A stretch of DNA of 64,000 nt from Eledone cirrhosa (GCA_964016885.1 OZ024757.1:2604001-2668000); one strand, 5' to 3'; positions 28,134 to 42,931 are shown, numbered from the stretch's first letter. Numbers and translations: made by a program. The notes: generated by a model from the sequence alone, not told the origin.

Positions 28134-28625
28134 ATACTAACTTCTTCTATCACTCTCCATTTGTTGAGAACAAACCTGTTGTTTCTATTTAGCTGCTATT
28201 TTTAGTAACGAGATAGACAACACGTCTATGTTTTTCCCGCTTTCACCTCGGGTAGTTCACGTACAGGTCATTTTTCGGCCTTTTGGATCTGTGCTAGCTG
28301 GCAGATAACAATATATTTTATCGTTCCTGGGTCTTTAGCCCTAGGAAGGGAAAATGCTTCTCTGATGAGCCTTGATTTTCCATTAGAAATCCATTGGATC
28401 TCTAGTGTTTTACAAGGCGAAACCGATCGTTAAGAGCCATAAGAATAGGTAAATATTTAAATTATATTTTTTAATTTATTTTAAAAAATTGGTTGAATTT
28501 TGCTTGTTCCGCTTATATTAATATTATAGTTCTGGTATGTCAAATTGATACCATAGAACAACCTTATATCATAGACAACCTATGTATTTCCAGGGGTACT
28601 TAGTACCCACGTGCATACTAACTTC

Positions 28626-28631
<6 letters not shown>
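28134..28631 (+). mobile_element. 481-bp TA-flanked HHR element with 17-bp terminal direct repeat (family F8)
   Basis: ATACTAACTTCTTCTAT at 28134 and 28615. Confidence 0.7.
28354..28440 (+). ncRNA. Type I hammerhead, family F8
   Basis: atgcttct CTGATGA gccttg..caaggc GAAA ccgatcgt TA agagccat. Confidence 0.8.
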
Positions 28632-28661
<30 letters not shown>

Positions 28662-28671
<10 letters not shown>

Positions 28672-31600
28672 GAAAGTTATAGGAAAAAATTGTAGCAAAA
28701 AGCCAACAGTATTCTATAATATATAAGTGACTATAGCGTCAAAATGGGAAAAACAGTTAACGTAAGATGTGGGAAAAATAATTCAAACTCAACTCAAAGA
28801 GAATCAGGATATAGATTCATCCACAGAATTTAGTGAAATCCAGGGAAAAATCAATAGAGCCTTAACTCATGATAAAATAAAGTTTAAAATACTCATCCTT
28901 CAATTTGGAAAAACTTAAAATGCTCTGTATAGTCTTAAAGACTATTGCACGAAAACTTTCAGTGGAGATGGTCACGGTTGGAATTCGATCCTCAGCAGAG
29001 CTCAACTCGATAACCAAAATTCTCACAGATTAATATGCCAAAAAGGGAATTTAAAACAGGCTAGTTCACCATCATGCGTGATTACGAAAAATAAAACGCA
29101 CATGTGGAAAGAATGGGCTGGTGACGTCAGAATGAGACGAATGTTTGTTTACAAGAAACAACAGTAAAAAACATTCCGAAAAACACTCTACAATATGGAG
29201 TTCAGCAAAAAGCAATATTATCGCGGTTTTTTATAAAAAAATACCGGGATTAGTCACAAATAATTTAAGCACTCTAGGAAAGAAATCCGAGTATAAATAT
29301 ATAAATGAAAGGTATAGAAACATTGTAGCAAAAAGCCAACAGTATTCCATAGTATATAAGTGACTGTAGCGTCAACATGGGAAAAATAGTTAACGTAAGA
29401 TGTGGGAAAAATAATTCAAACTCAACTCAAAGAGAATCAGGATATAGATTCATGCACAGAATTTAGTGAAATCCAGGGACAAATCAATAGAGCCTTAACT
29501 CATGATAAAATAAAGTTTAAAATACTCATCCTTCAATTTGGAAAAACTTAAAATGCTCTGTATAGTCTCAAAGACTATTTCACGAAAACTTTCAGTGGAG
29601 ATGGTCACGGTTGGAATTCGATCCTCAGCAGAGCTCAACTCGATAACCAAAATTCTCACAGATTAATATGCCAAAAAGGGAATTTAAAACAGGCTAGTTC
29701 ACCATCATGCGTGATTATGAAAAATAAAACGCACATGTGGAAAGAATGGGCTGGTGACGTCAGAATGAGACGAATGTTTGTTTACAAGAAACAACAGTAA
29801 AAAACATTCCGAAAAAAACTCTACAATAAGGAGTTCAGCAAAAAGCAATATTATCGCGGTTTTTTATAAAAAAATACCGGGATTAGTCACAAATAATTTA
29901 AGCACTCTAGGAAAGAAATCCGAGTATAAATATATAAATGAAAGGTATAGAAACATTGTAGCAAAAAGCCAACAGTATTCCATAGTATATAAGTGACTGT
30001 AGCGTCAACATGGGAAAAATAGTTAACGTAAGATGTGGGAAAAATAATTCAAACTCAACTCAAAGAGAATCAGGATATAGATTCATCCACAGAATTTAGT
30101 GAAATCCAGGGACCAATCAATAGAGCCTTAACTCATGATAAAATAAAGTTTAAAATACTCATCCTTCAATTTGGAAAAACTTAAAATGCTCTGTATAGTC
30201 TCAAAGACTATTTCACGAAAACTTTCAGTGGAGATGGTCACGGTTGGAATTCGATCCTCAGCAGAGCTCAACTCGATAACCAAAATTCTCACAGATTAAT
30301 ATGCCAAAAAGGGAATTTAAAACAGGCTAGTTCACCATCATGCGTGATTACGAAAAATAAAACGCACATGTGGAAAGAATGGGCTGGTGACGTCAGAATG
30401 AGACGAATGTTTGTTTACAAGAAACAACAGTAAAAAACATTCGGAAAAACACTCTACAATAAGGAGTTCAGCAAAAAGCAATATTATCGCGGTTTTTTAT
30501 AAAAAAATACCGGGATTAGTCACAAATAATTTAAGCACTCTAGGAAAGAAATCCGAGTATAAATATATAAATGAAAGGTATAGAAACATTGTAGCAAAAA
30601 GCCAACAGTATTCCATAGTATATAAGTGACTGTAGCGTCAACATGGGAAAAATAGTTAACGTAAGATGTGGGAAAAATAATTCAAACTCAACTCAAAGAG
30701 AATCAGGATATAGATTCATCCACAGAATTTAGTGAAATCCAGGGAAAAATCAATAGAGCCTTAACTCATGATAAAATAAAGTTTAAAATACTCATCCTTC
30801 AATTTGGAAAAACTTAAAATGCTCTGTATAGTCTTAAAGACTATTTCACGAAAACTTTCAGAGGAGATGGTCACGGTTGGAATTCGATCCTCAGCAGAGC
30901 TCAACTCGATAACCAAAATTCTCACAGATTAATATGCCAAAAAGGGAATTTAAAACAGGCTAGTTCACCATCATGCGTGATTATGAAAAATAAAACGCAC
31001 ATGTGGAAAGAATGGGCTGGTGACGTCAGAATGAGACGAATGTTTGTTTACAAGAAACAACAGTAAAAAACATTTCGAAAAAAACTCTACAATAAGGAGT
31101 TCAGCAAAAAGCAATATTATCGCGGTTTTTTATAAAAAAATACCGGGATTAGTCACAAATAATTTAAGCACTCTAGGAAAGAAATCCGAGTATAAATATA
31201 TAAATGAAAGGTATAGAAACATTGTAGCAAAAAGCCAACAGTATTCCATAGTATATAAGTGACTGTAGCGTCAACATGGGAAAAATAGTTAACGTAAGAT
31301 GTGGGAAAAATAATTCAAACTCAACTCAAAGAGAATCAGGATATAGATTCATCCACAGAATTTAGTGAAATCCAGGGACAAATCAATAGAGCCTTAACTC
31401 ATGATAAAATAAAGTTTAAAATACTCATCCTTCAATTTGGAAAAACTTAAAATGCTCTGTATAGTCTCAAAGACTATTTCACGAAAACTTTCAGTGGAGA
31501 TGGTCACGGTTGGAATTCGATCCTCAGCAGAGCTCAACTCGATAACCAAAATTCTCACAGATTAATATGCCAAAAAGGGAATTTAAAACAGGCTAGTTCA

Positions 31601-34600
31601 CCATCATGCGTGATTATGAAAAATAAAACGCACATGTGGAAAGAATGGGCTGGTGACGTCAGAATGAGACGAATGTTTGTTTACAAGAAACAACAGTAAA
31701 AAACATTCCGAAAAAAACTCTACAATAAGGAGTTCAGCAAAAAGCAATATTATCGCGGTTTTTTATAAAAAAATACCGGGATTAGTCACAAATAATTTAA
31801 GCACTCTAGGAAAGAAATCCGAGTATAAATATATAAATGAAAGGTATAGAAACATTGTAGCAAAAAGCCAACAGTATTCCATAGTATATAAGTGACTGTA
31901 GCGTCAACATGGGAAAAATAGTTAACGTAAGATGTGGGAAAAATAATTCAAACTCAACTCAAAGAGAATCAGGATATAGATTCATCCACAGAATTTAGTG
32001 AAATCCAGGGACCAATCAATAGAGCCTTAACTCATGATAAAATAAAGTTTAAAATACTCATCCTTCAATTTGGAAAAACTTAAAATGCTCTGTATAGTCT
32101 CAAAGACTATTTCACGAAAACTTTCAGTGGAGATGGTCACGGTTGGAATTCGATCCTCAGCAGAGCTCAACTCGATAACCAAAATTCTCACAGATTAATA
32201 TGCCAAAAAGGGAATTTAAAACAGGCTAGTTCACCATCATGCGTGATTATGAAAAATAAAACGCACATGTGGAAAGAATGGGCTGGTGACGTCAGAATGA
32301 GACGAATGTTTGTTTACAAGAAACAACAGTAAAAAACATTCCGAAAAAAACTCTACAATAAGGAGTTCAGCAAAAAGCAATATTATCGCGGTTTTTTATA
32401 AAAAAATACCGGGATTAGTCACAAATAATTTAAGCACTCTAGGAAAGAAATCCGAGTATAAATATATAAATGAAAGGTATAGAAACATTGTAGCAAAAAG
32501 CCAACAGTATTCCATAGTATATAAGTGACTGTAGCGTCAACATGGGAAAAATAGTTAACGTAAGATGTGGGAAAAATAATTCAAACTCAACTCAAAGAGA
32601 ATCAGGATATAGATTCATCCACAGAATTTAGTGAAATCCAGGGACAAATCAATAGAGCCTTAACTCATGATAAAATAAAGTTTAAAATACTCATCCTTCA
32701 ATTTGGAAAAACTTAAAATGCTCTGTATAGTCTCAAAGACTATTTCACGAAAACTTTCAGTGGAGATGGTCACGGTTGGAATTCGATCCTCAGCAGAGCT
32801 CAACTCGATAACCAAAATTCTCACAGATTAATATGCCAAAAAGGGAATTTAAAACAGGCTAGTTCACCATCATGCGTGATTATGAAAAATAAAACGCACA
32901 TGTGGAAAGAATGGGCTGGTGACGTCAGAATGAGACGAATGTTTGTTTACAAGAAACAACAGTAAAAAACATTCCGAAAAAAACTCTACAATAAGGAGTT
33001 CAGCAAAAAGCAATATTATCGCGGTTTTTTATAAAAAAATACCGGGATTAGTCACAAATAATTTAAGCACTCTAGGAAAGAAATCCGAGTATAAATATAT
33101 AAATGAAAGGTATAGAAACATTGTAGCAAAAAGCCAACAGTATTCCATAGTATATAAGTGACTGTAGCGTCAACATGGGAAAAATAGTTAACGTAAGATG
33201 TGGGAAAAATAATTCAAACTCAACTCAAAGAGAATCAGGATATAGATTCATCCACAGAATTTAGTGAAATCCAGGGACAAATCAATAGAGCCTTAACTCA
33301 TGATAAAATAAAGTTTAAAATACTCATCCTTCAATTTGGAAAAACTTAAAATGCTCTGTATAGTCTCAAAGACTATTTCACGAAAACTTTCAGTGGAGAT
33401 GGTCACGGTTGGAATTCGATCCTCAGCAGAGCTCAACTCGATAACCAAAATTCTCACAGATTAATATGCCAAAAAGGGAATTTAAAACAGGCTAGTTCAC
33501 CATCATGCGTGATTATGAAAAATAAAACGCACATGTGGAAAGAATGGGCTGGTGACGTCAGAATGAGACGAATGTTTGTTTACAAGAAACAACAGTAAAA
33601 AACATTTCGAAAAAAACTCTACAATAAGGAGTTCAGCAAAAAGCAATATTATCGCGGTTTTTTATAAAAAAATACCGGGATTAGTCACAAATAATTTAAG
33701 CACTCTAGGAAAGAAATCCGAGTATAAATATATAAATGAAAGGTATAGAAACATTGTAGCAAAAAGCCAACAGTATTCCATAGTATATAAGTGACTGTAG
33801 CGTCAACATGGGAAAAATAGTTAACGTAAGATGTGGGAAAAATAATTCAAACTCAACTCAAAGAGAATCAGGATATAGATTCATCCACAGAATTTAGTGA
33901 AATCCAGGGACAAATCAATAGAGCCTTAACTCATGATAAAATAAAGTTTAAAATACTCATCCTTCAATTTGGAAAAACTTAAAATGCTCTGTATAGTCTC
34001 AAAGACTATTTCACGAAAACTTTCAGTGGAGATGGTCACGGTTGGAATTCGATCCTCAGCAGAGCTCAACTCGATAACCAAAATTCTCACAGATTAATAT
34101 GCCAAAAAGGGAATTTAAAACAGGCTAGTTCACCATCATGCGTGATTATGAAAAATAAAACGCACATGTGGAAAGAATGGGCTGGTGACGTCAGAATGAG
34201 ACGAATGTTTGTTTACAAGAAACAACAGTAAAAAACATTCCGAAAAAAACTCTACAATAAGGAGTTCAGCAAAAAGCAATATTATCGCGGTTTTTTATAA
34301 AAAAATACCGGGATTAGTCACAAATAATTTAAGCACTCTAGGAAAGAAATCCGAGTATAAATATATAAATGAAAGGTATAGAAACATTGTAGCAAAAAGC
34401 CAACAGTATTCCATAGTATATAAGTGACTGTAGCGTCAACATGGGAAAAATAGTTAACGTAAGATGTGGGAAAAATAATTCAAACTCAACTCAAAGAGAA
34501 TCAGGATATAGATTCATCCACAGAATTTAGTGAAATCCAGGGACCAATCAATAGAGCCTTAACTCATGATAAAATAAAGTTTAAAATACTCATCCTTCAA

Positions 34601-37600
34601 TTTGGAAAAACTTAAAATGCTCTGTATAGTCTCAAAGACTATTTCACGAAAACTTTCAGTGGAGATGGTCACGGTTGGAATTCGATCCTCAGCAGAGCTC
34701 AACTCGATAACCAAAATTCTCACAGATTAATATGCCAAAAAGGGAATTTAAAACAGGCTAGTTCACCATCATGCGTGATTATGAAAAATAAAACGCACAT
34801 GTGGAAAGAATGGGCTGGTGACGTCAGAATGAGACGAATGTTTGTTTACAAGAAACAACAGTAAAAAACATTCCGAAAAAAACTCTACAATAAGGAGTTC
34901 AGCAAAAAGCAATATTATCGCGGTTTTTTATAAAAAAATACCGGGATTAGTCACAAATAATTTAAGCACTCTAGGAAAGAAATCCGAGTATAAATATATA
35001 AATGAAAGGTATAGAAACATTGTAGCAAAAAGCCAACAGTATTCCATAGTATATAAGTGACTGTAGCGTCAACATGGGAAAAATAGTTAACGTAAGATGT
35101 GGGAAAAATAATTCAAACTCAACTCAAAGAGAATCAGGATATAGATTCATCCACAGAATTTAGTGAAATCCAGGGACAAATCAATAGAGCCTTAACTCAT
35201 GATAAAATAAAGTTTAAAATACTCATCCTTCAATTTGGAAAAACTTAAAATGCTCTGTATAGTCTCAAAGACTATTTCACGAAAACTTTCAGTGGAGATG
35301 GTCACGGTTGGAATTCGATCCTCAGCAGAGCTCAACTCGATAACCAAAATTCTCACAGATTAATATGCCAAAAAGGGAATTTAAAACAGGCTAGTTCACC
35401 ATCATGCGTGATTATGAAAAATAAAACGCACATGTGGAAAGAATGGGCTGGTGACGTCAGAATGAGACGAATGTTTGTTTACAAGAAACAACAGTAAAAA
35501 ACATTCCGAAAAAAACTCTACAATAAGGAGTTCAGCAAAAAGCAATATTATCGCGGTTTTTTATAAAAAAATACCGGGATTAGTCACAAATAATTTAAGC
35601 ACTCTAGGAAAGAAATCCGAGTATAAATATATAAATGAAAGGTATAGAAACATTGTAGCAAAAAGCCAACAGTATTCCATAGTATATAAGTGACTGTAGC
35701 GTCAACATGGGAAAAATAGTTAACGTAAGATGTGGGAAAAATAATTCAAACTCAACTCAAAGAGAATCAGGATATAGATTCATCCACAGAATTTAGTGAA
35801 ATCCAGGGACAAATCAATAGAGCCTTAACTCATGATAAAATAAAGTTTAAAATACTCATCCTTCAATTTGGAAAAACTTAAAATGCTCTGTATAGTCTCA
35901 AAGACTATTTCACGAAAACTTTCAGTGGAGATGGTCACGGTTGGAATTCGATCCTCAGCAGAGCTCAACTCGATAACCAAAATTCTCACAGATTAATATG
36001 CCAAAAAGGGAATTTAAAACAGGCTAGTTCACCATCATGCGTGATTATGAAAAATAAAACGCACATGTGGAAAGAATGGGCTGGTGACGTCAGAATGAGA
36101 CGAATGTTTGTTTACAAGAAACAACAGTAAAAAACATTCCGAAAAAAACTCTACAATAAGGAGTTCAGCAAAAAGCAATATTATCGCGGTTTTTTATAAA
36201 AAAATACCGGGATTAGTCACAAATAATTTAAGCACTCTAGGAAAGAAATCCGAGTATAAATATATAAATGAAAGGTATAGAAACATTGTAGCAAAAAGCC
36301 AACAGTATTCCATAGTATATAAGTGACTGTAGCGTCAACATGGGAAAAATAGTTAACGTAAGATGTGGGAAAAATAATTCAAACTCAACTCAAAGAGAAT
36401 CAGGATATAGATTCATCCACAGAATTTAGTGAAATCCAGGGACCAATCAATAGAGCCTTAACTCATGATAAAATAAAGTTTAAAATACTCATCCTTCAAT
36501 TTGGAAAAACTTAAAATGCTCTGTATAGTCTCAAAGACTATTTCACGAAAACTTTCAGTGGAGATGGTCACGGTTGGAATTCGATCCTCAGCAGAGCTCA
36601 ACTCGATAACCAAAATTCTCACAGATTAATATGCCAAAAAGGGAATTTAAAACAGGCTAGTTCACCATCATGCGTGATTATGAAAAATAAAACGCACATG
36701 TGGAAAGAATGGGCTGGTGACGTCAGAATGAGACGAATGTTTGTTTACAAGAAACAACAGTAAAAAACATTCCGAAAAAAACTCTACAATAAGGAGTTCA
36801 GCAAAAAGCAATATTATCGCGGTTTTTTATAAAAAAATACCGGGATTAGTCACAAATAATTTAAGCACTCTAGGAAAGAAATCCGAGTATAAATATATAA
36901 ATGAAAGGTATAGAAACATTGTAGCAAAAAGCCAACAGTATTCCATAGTATATAAGTGACTGTAGCGTCAACATGGGAAAAATAGTTAACGTAAGATGTG
37001 GGAAAAATAATTCAAACTCAACTCAAAGAGAATCAGGATATAGATTCATCCACAGAATTTAGTGAAATCCAGGGACAAATCAATAGAGCCTTAACTCATG
37101 ATAAAATAAAGTTTAAAATACTCATCCTTCAATTTGGAAAAACTTAAAATGCTCTGTATAGTCTCAAAGACTATTTCACGAAAACTTTCAGTGGAGATGG
37201 TCACGGTTGGAATTCGATCCTCAGCAGAGCTCAACTCGATAACCAAAATTCTCACAGATTAATATGCCAAAAAGGGAATTTAAAACAGGCTAGTTCACCA
37301 TCATGCGTGATTATGAAAAATAAAACGCACATGTGGAAAGAATGGGCTGGTGACGTCAGAATGAGACGAATGTTTGTTTACAAGAAACAACAGTAAAAAA
37401 CATTCCGAAAAAAACTCTACAATAAGGAGTTCAGCAAAAAGCAATATTATCGCGGTTTTTTATAAAAAAATACCGGGATTAGTCACAAATAATTTAAGCA
37501 CTCTAGGAAAGAAATCCGAGTATAAATATATAAATGAAAGGTATAGAAACATTGTAGCAAAAAGCCAACAGTATTCCATAGTATATAAGTGACTGTAGCG

Positions 37601-40600
37601 TCAACATGGGAAAAATAGTTAACGTAAGATGTGGGAAAAATAATTCAAACTCAACTCAAAGAGAATCAGGATATAGATTCATCCACAGAATTTAGTGAAA
37701 TCCAGGGACCAATCAATAGAGCCTTAACTCATGATAAAATAAAGTTTAAAATACTCATCCTTCAATTTGGAAAAACTTAAAATGCTCTGTATAGTCTCAA
37801 AGACTATTTCACGAAAACTTTCAGTGGAGATGGTCACGGTTGGAATTCGATCCTCAGCAGAGCTCAACTCGATAACCAAAATTCTCACAGATTAATATGC
37901 CAAAAAGGGAATTTAAAACAGACTAGTTCACCATCATGCGTGATTACGAAAAATAAAACGCACATGTGGAAAGAATGGGCTGGTGACGTCAGAATGAGAC
38001 GAATGTTTGTTTACAAGAAACAACAGTAAAAAACATTCCGAAAAAAACTCTACAATAAGGAGTTCAGCAAAAAGCAATATTATCGCGGTTTTTTATAAAA
38101 AAAATACCGGGATTAGTCACAAATAATTTAAGCACTCTAGGAAAGAAATCCGAGTATAAATATATAAATGAAAGGTATAGAAACATTGTAGCAAAAAGCC
38201 AACAGTATTCCATAGTATATAAGTGACTGTAGCGTCAACATGGGAAAAATAGTTAACGTAAGATGTGGGAAAAATAATTCAAACTCAACTCAAAGAGAAT
38301 CAGGATATAGATTCATCCACAGAATTTAGTGAAATCCAGGGAAAAATCAATAGAGCCTTAACTCATGATAAAATAAAGTTTAAAATACTCATCCTTCAAT
38401 TTGGAAAAACTTAAAATGCTCTGTATAGTCTTAAAGACTATTTCACGAAAACTTTCAGTGGAGATGGTCACGGTTGGAATTCGATCCTCAGCAGAGCTCA
38501 ACTCGATAACCAAAATTCTCACAGATTAATATGCCAAAAAGGGAATTTAAAACAGGCTAGTTCACCATCATGCGTGATTATGAAAAATAAAACGCACATG
38601 TGGAAAGAATGGGCTGGTGACGTCAGAATGAGACGAATGTTTGTTTACAAGAAACAACAGTAAAAAACATTCCGAAAAAAACTCTACAATAAGGAGTTCA
38701 GCAAAAAGCAATATTATCGCGGTTTTTTATAAAAAAATACCGGGATTAGTCACAAATAATTTAAGCACTCTAGGAAAGAAATCCGAGTATAAATATATAA
38801 ATGAAAGGTATAGAAACATTGTAGCAAAAAGCCAACAGTATTCCATAGTATATAAGTAACTGTAGCGTCAACAAGGGAAAAATAGTTAACGTAAGATGTG
38901 GGAAAAATAATTCAAACTCAACTCAAAGAGAATCAGGATATAGATTCATCCACAGAATTTAGTGAAATCCAGGGAAAAATGAATAGAGCCTTAACTCATG
39001 ATAAAATAAAGTTTAAAATACTCATCCTTCAATTTGGAAAAACTTAAAATGCTCTGTATAGTCTTAAAGACTATTGCACGAAAACTTTCAGTGGAGATGG
39101 TCACGGTTGGAATTCGATCCTCAGCAGAGCTCAACTCGATAACCAAAATTCTCACAGATTAATATGCCAAAAAGGGAATTTAAAACAGGCTAGTTCACCA
39201 TCATGCGTGATTACGAAAAATAAAACGCACATGTGGAAAGAATGGGCTGGTGACGTCAGAATGAGACGAATGTTTGTTTACAAGAAACAACAGTAAAAAA
39301 CATTCCGAAAAAAACTCTACAATAAGGAGTTCAGCAAAAAGCAATATTATCGCGGTTTTTTATAAAAAAATACCGGGATTAGTCACAAATAATTTAAGCA
39401 CTCTAGGAAAGAAATCCGAGTATAAATATATAAATGAAAGGTATAGAAACATTGTAGCAAAAAGCCAACAGTATTCCATAGTATATAAGTGACTGTAGCG
39501 TCAACATGGGAAAAATAGTTAACGTAAGATGTGGGAAAAATAATTCAAACTCAACTCAAAGAGAATCAGGATATAGATTCATCCACAGAATTTAGTGAAA
39601 TCCAGGGACAAATCAATAGAGCCTTAACTCATGATAAAATAAAGTTTAAAATACTCATCCTTCAATTTGGAAAAACTTAAAATGCTCTGTATAGTCTTAA
39701 AGACTATTTCACGAAAACTTTCAGTGGAGATGGTCACGGTTGGAATTCGATCCTCAGCAGAGCTCAACTCGATAACCAAAATTCTCACAGATTAATATGC
39801 CAAAAAGGGAATTTAAAACAGGCTAGTTCACCATCATGCGTGATTATGAAAAATAAAACGCACATGTGGAAAGAATGGGCTGGTGACGTCAGAATGAGAC
39901 GAATGTTTGTTTACAAGAAACAACAGTAAAAAACATTCCGAAAAAAACTCTACAATAAGGAGTTCAGCAAAAAGCAATATTATCGCGGTTTTTTATAAAA
40001 AAAATACCGGGATTAGTCACAAATAATTTAAGCACTCTAGGAAAGAAATCCGAGTATAAATATATAAATGAAAGGTATAGAAACATTGTAGCAAAAAGCC
40101 AACAGTATTCCATAGTATATAAGTGACTGTAGCGTCAACATGGGAAAAATAGTTAACGTAAGATGTGGGAAAAATAATTCAAACTCAACTCAAAGAGAAT
40201 CAGGATATAGATTCATCCACAGAATTTAGTGAAATCCAGGGACCAATCAATAGAGCCTTAACTCATGATAAAATAAAGTTTAAAATACTCATCCTTCAAT
40301 TTGGAAAAACTTAAAATGCTCTGTATAGTCTCAAAGACTATTTCACGAAAACTTTCAGTGGAGATGGTCACGGTTGGAATTCGATCCTCAGCAGAGCTCA
40401 ACTCGATAACCAAAATTCTCACAGATTAATATGCCAAAAAGGGAATTTAAAACAGGCTAGTTCACCATCATGCGTGATTACGAAAAATAAAACGCACATG
40501 TGGAAAGAATGGGCTGGTGACGTCAGAATGAGACGAATGTTTGTTTACAAGAAACAACAGTAAAAAACATTCCGAAAAACACTCTACAATAAGGAGTTCA

Positions 40601-42900
40601 GCAAAAAGCAATATTATCGCGGTTTTTTATAAAAAAATACCGGGATTAGTCACAAATAATTTAAGCACTCTAGGAAAGAAATCCGAGTATAAATATATAA
40701 ATGAAAGGTATAGAAACATTGTAGCAAAAAGCCAACAGTATTCCATAGTATATAAGTGACTGTAGCGTCAACATGGGAAAAATAGTTAACGTAAGATGTG
40801 GGAAAAATAATTCAAACTCAACTCAAAGAGAATCAGGATATAGATTCATCCACAGAATTTAGTGAAATCCAGGGAAAAATCAATAGAGCCTTAACTCATG
40901 ATAAAATAAAGTTTAAAATACTCATCCTTCAATTTGGAAAAACTTAAAATGCTCTGTATAGTCTTAAAGACTATTTCACGAAAACTTTCAGAGGAGATGG
41001 TCACGGTTGGAATACGATCCTCAGCAGAGCTCAACTCGATAACCAAAATTCTCACAGATTAATATGCCAAAAAGGGAATTTAAAACAGGCTAGTTCACCA
41101 TCATGCGTGATTATGAAAAATAAAACGCACATGTGGAAAGAATGGGCTGGTGACGTCAGAATGAGACGAATGTTTGTTTACAAGAAACAACAGTAAAAAA
41201 CATTTCGAAAAAAACTCTACAATAAGGAGTTCAGCAAAAAGCAATATTATCGCGGTTTTTTATAAAAAAATACCGGGATTAGTCACAAATAATTTAAGCA
41301 CTCTAGGAAAGAAATCCGAGTATAAATATATAAATGAAAGGTATAGAAACATTGTAGCAAAAAGCCAACAGTATTCCATAGTATATAAGTGACTGTAGCG
41401 TCAACATGTGAAAAATAGTTAACGTAAGATGTGGGAAAAATAATTCAAACTCAACTCAAAGAGAATCAGGATATAGATTCATCCACAGAATTTAGTGAAA
41501 TCCAGGGACAAATCAATAGAGCCTTAACTCATGATAAAATAAAGTTTAAAATACTCATCCTTCAATTTGGAAAAACTTAAAATGCTCTGTATAGTCTCAA
41601 AGACTATTTCACGAAAACTTTCAGTGGAGATGGTCACGGTTGGAATTCGATCCTCAGCAGAGCTCAACTCGATAACCAAAATTCTCACAGATTAATATGC
41701 CAAAAAGGGAATTTAAAACAGGCTAGTTCACCATCATGCGTGATTATGAAAAATAAAACGCACATGTGGAAAGAATGGGCTGGTGACGTCAGAATGAGAC
41801 GAATGTTTGTTTACAAGAAACAACAGTAAAAAACATTCCGAAAAAAACTCTACAATAAGGAGTTCAGCAAAAAGCAATATTATCGCGGTTTTTTATAAAA
41901 AAAATACCGGGATTAGTCACAAATAATTTAAGCACTCTAGGAAAGAAATCCGAGTATAAATATATAAATGAAAGGTATAGAAACATTGTAGCAAAAAGCC
42001 AACAGTATTCCATAGTATATAAGTGACTGTAGCGTCAACATGGGAAAAATAGTTAACGTAAGATGTGGGAAAAATAATTCAAACTCAACTCAAAGAGAAT
42101 CAGGATATAGATTCATCCACAGAATTTAGTGAAATCCAGGGAAAAATCAATAGAGCCTTAACTCATGATAAAATAAAGTTTAAAATACTCATCCTTCAAT
42201 TTGGAAAAACTTAAAATGCTCTGTATAGTCTTAAAGACTATTTCACGAAAACTTTCAGTGGAGATGGTCACGGTTGGAATTCGATCCTCAGCAGAGCTCA
42301 ACTCGATAACCAAAATTCTCACAGATTAATATGCCAAAAAGGGAATTTAAAACAGGCTAGTTCACCATCATGCGTGATTATGAAAAATAAAACGCACATG
42401 TGGAAAGAATGGGCTGGTGACGTCAGAATGAGACGAATGTTTGTTTACAAGAAACAACAGTAAAAAACATTCCGAAAAAAACTCTACAATAAGGAGTTCA
42501 GCAAAAAGCAATATTATCGCGGTTTTTTATAAAAAAATACCGGGATTAGTCACAAATAATTTAAGCACTCTAGGAAAGAAATCCGAGTATAAATATATAA
42601 ATGAAAGGTATAGAAACATTGTAGCAAAAAGCCAACAGTATTCCATAGTATATAAGTGACTGTAGCGTCAACATGGGAAAAATAGTTAACGTAAGATGTG
42701 GGAAAAATAATTCAAACTCAACTCAAAGAGAATCAGGATATAGATTCATCCACAGAATTTAGTGAAATCCAGGGACAAATCAATAGAGCCTTAACTCATG
42801 ATAAAATAAAGTTTAAAATACTCATCCTTCAATTTGGAAAAACTTAAAATGCTCTGTATAGTCTTAAAGACTATTTCACGAAAACTTTCAGTGGAGATGG
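28662..42900 (-). repeat. 633-bp tandem array, about 22.5 near-identical units, each with an HHR (retrozyme-like satellite)
   Basis: Period 633 (634 in three units), seen from ORF starts 29145 to 42441. Confidence 0.97.
29555..29634 (-). ncRNA. Representative array hammerhead (F1); 22 complete copies from 28922 to 42297 plus a truncated copy at 42851-42900
   Basis: Reverse complement: gctctg CTGAGGA t cgaa..ttcg t GAAA tagtct ttg agacta TA cagagc; predicted cleavage between plus positions 29561 and 29560. Confidence 0.85.
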
Positions 42901-42931
42901 TTATGTATATATATGTATATGTATGTATTAA

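Noticed and set aside
29145-42659. Repeated 72-aa ORF (MFTRNNSKK..)
   Set aside because: It starts at TTG, is frameshifted in three units, has no recognisable motif and is antisense to the ribozyme; likely incidental.
28662-42900. CRISPR array or 5S/snRNA/histone gene tandem
   Set aside because: There are no unique spacers or cas genes, and no recognisable 5S, tRNA, snRNA or histone sequence in the unit.
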